Below, piece by piece: positions 62,744 to 64,000 of a stretch of DNA of 64,000 bases. A program made the translations under genes and the position numbers. Positions within the stretch are counted from its first letter, which is position 1. Every line of letters begins with the position of its first letter. The stretch lies in assembly GCA_043228905.1 (NCBI GenBank), contig JBHGNT010000004.1, forward strand, positions 744,001-808,000. Direction: 5' to 3'. This stretch comes from Azolla caroliniana. Taxonomy: Eukaryota > Plantae > Polypodiophyta. The notes under the pieces are model-generated. The model worked only from the letters and a program-made list of their open reading frames with translations, was not told the DNA's origin and ran no database searches.

Positions 62744-64000
62744 ATGACACACCAACACCATGTTTCTTCTTCTTCTTCTGTTGGTGGTTTCATAAACAGG
62801 GGAAGCATCATTTCTCTCCTGCAGACATCATCATCATCATCATCCTGTAAGGACCTCAGGTCTGCCAGGGCTTTGCACCTCCTCCTCATCAACCATGGCT
62901 TGGAAGCCGATGGCTTCCTCTGTGACCACCTCATCCGCGCCATTGCGGCTTCCTCCTCCCCCTCGTGTGGATTGCAGGGCCGGAGTCGGCTCCTCGAATG
63001 CTGCCGGCAGGTCTTCTACAAGATCCCCAACCCCACCATCTATTCTTGGAATGCAGTTACTCAAGCACATGCTAAGCTGGGGGAAGAGGACACCGCCATC
63101 TCATTCTATCGGCTGATGCATGAGAAGGGTTTGGAGACCGACAGGTGCACTTATTGCTGTGTCTTACAGGCATGCCGCCACACATTTCACCGGCACCATT
63201 GGGGTGTATTGATACATGGCCAGATTGCAATCGTCGGGATGGAATCGGATCTTCGCGTCGCAAGCGCAATCGTGGATATGTATGCCAAAAATGGGAGCTT
63301 AGACTCCGCGCTGAATGTGTTCAGTACATTGAAAAACCCTGATCTGGTTGCATGGGGTGCATTAATGCATGGGTACTTGGATAATGGGTACTTCCTCACA
63401 GTGTTTGAGGTTTATGGAAGAATGCAAAAGCAGGGTAAGACACCAAATCATGTTATCTTATCTTACATGTTAAGAGCTTGTAGCCATATGGGAGGAGCAA
63501 CAGAAGATGGTAGATTGTTACACCAGCTGATCGTTTGGAATGATCTTGAATCAGATAGTTTGGTTATGAATGGTCTTGTAGATATGTATTGTAAGTGTGG
63601 CTCCCTTGACGAAGCACATCATTCATTTCTTCGTTTGAAGCGTAAGGATGCTGTGTCCTGGAGTGTGATGATTTCTGGTTACGTTGAGCATGGATGCATG
63701 TCCTATGCATTTCAACTATTTGAAGAAATGCGGCAATTGGGCGTACAGCCTTCCACACCTGTTGTTGTGTGTGTCTTGAAAGCATGTAATTGCTTAGGAG
63801 CAATAGACGAAGGCAGGTTAATGCATGATGAGATTATTAAGAGCAATCTGGAGGTTGATATGGCTGTTGGGAGTAGTCTCATTGCTATGTATGCTAAGTA
63901 TGGTCATCTGATGGAGGCACATAATGTGTTTGAGCATCTGCAAGAACGTGATGTTGTGGCATGGGGAACGCTAATAGATGCTCACGCGGACTGCGGGCGG
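62744..64000 (+). CDS. Divergent PLS-class PPR protein, 5' part; runs off the right edge
   Basis: Manual translation from ATG 62744 is open to base 64000 (419 codons): Ser-rich N-terminus, IYSWNAV, IVDMYAKNG, LVAWGALM, LVDMYCKCG, AVSWSVMISGY, VLKAC. Confidence 0.9.
   Translation, partial: MTHQHHVSSSSSVGGFINRGSIISLLQTSSSSSSCKDLRSARALHLLLINHGLEADGFLCDHLIRAIAASSSPSCGLQGRSRLLECCRQVFYKIPNPTIYSWNAVTQAHAKLGEEDTAISFYRLMHEKGLETDRCTYCCVLQACRHTFHRHHWGVLIHGQIAIVGMESDLRVASAIVDMYAKNGSLDSALNVFSTLKNPDLVAWGALMHGYLDNGYFLTVFEVYGRMQKQGKTPNHVILSYMLRACSHMGGATEDGRLLHQLIVWNDLESDSLVMNGLVDMYCKCGSLDEAHHSFLRLKRKDAVSWSVMISGYVEHGCMSYAFQLFEEMRQLGVQPSTPVVVCVLKACNCLGAIDEGRLMHDEIIKSNLEVDMAVGSSLIAMYAKYGHLMEAHNVFEHLQERDVVAWGTLIDAHADCGR

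Overview
Gene-dense plant nuclear DNA, most likely from a fern (inferred from the 36-aa long-L PPR motifs and a secreted CVNH gene). The left 27 kb is a tandem cluster of five intronless PLS-class PPR genes built from a homogenised 102-aa P-L-S unit; the four complete ones end in E domains. Those four carry 5, 6, 7 and 8 units in genomic order, show no obvious organellar transit peptide and have no DYW domain. Interleaved are an NPF/PTR transporter, tRNA-Thr(AGT) and tRNA-Val(CAC). The rest holds a 13-exon NSUN6-type m5C RNA methyltransferase, a 3-ketoacyl-CoA synthase, a multi-exon coiled-coil gene, a LAS1-like HEPN RNase, a secreted cyanovirin-N homologue and a divergent PPR gene running off the right edge. 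Also present are hAT-type MITEs, Copia remnants, a poly-A retro-insertion and many micro/minisatellites. Three unrelated genes have their last codons recopied in tandem into the 3' flank. All gene models were read by eye without tools.
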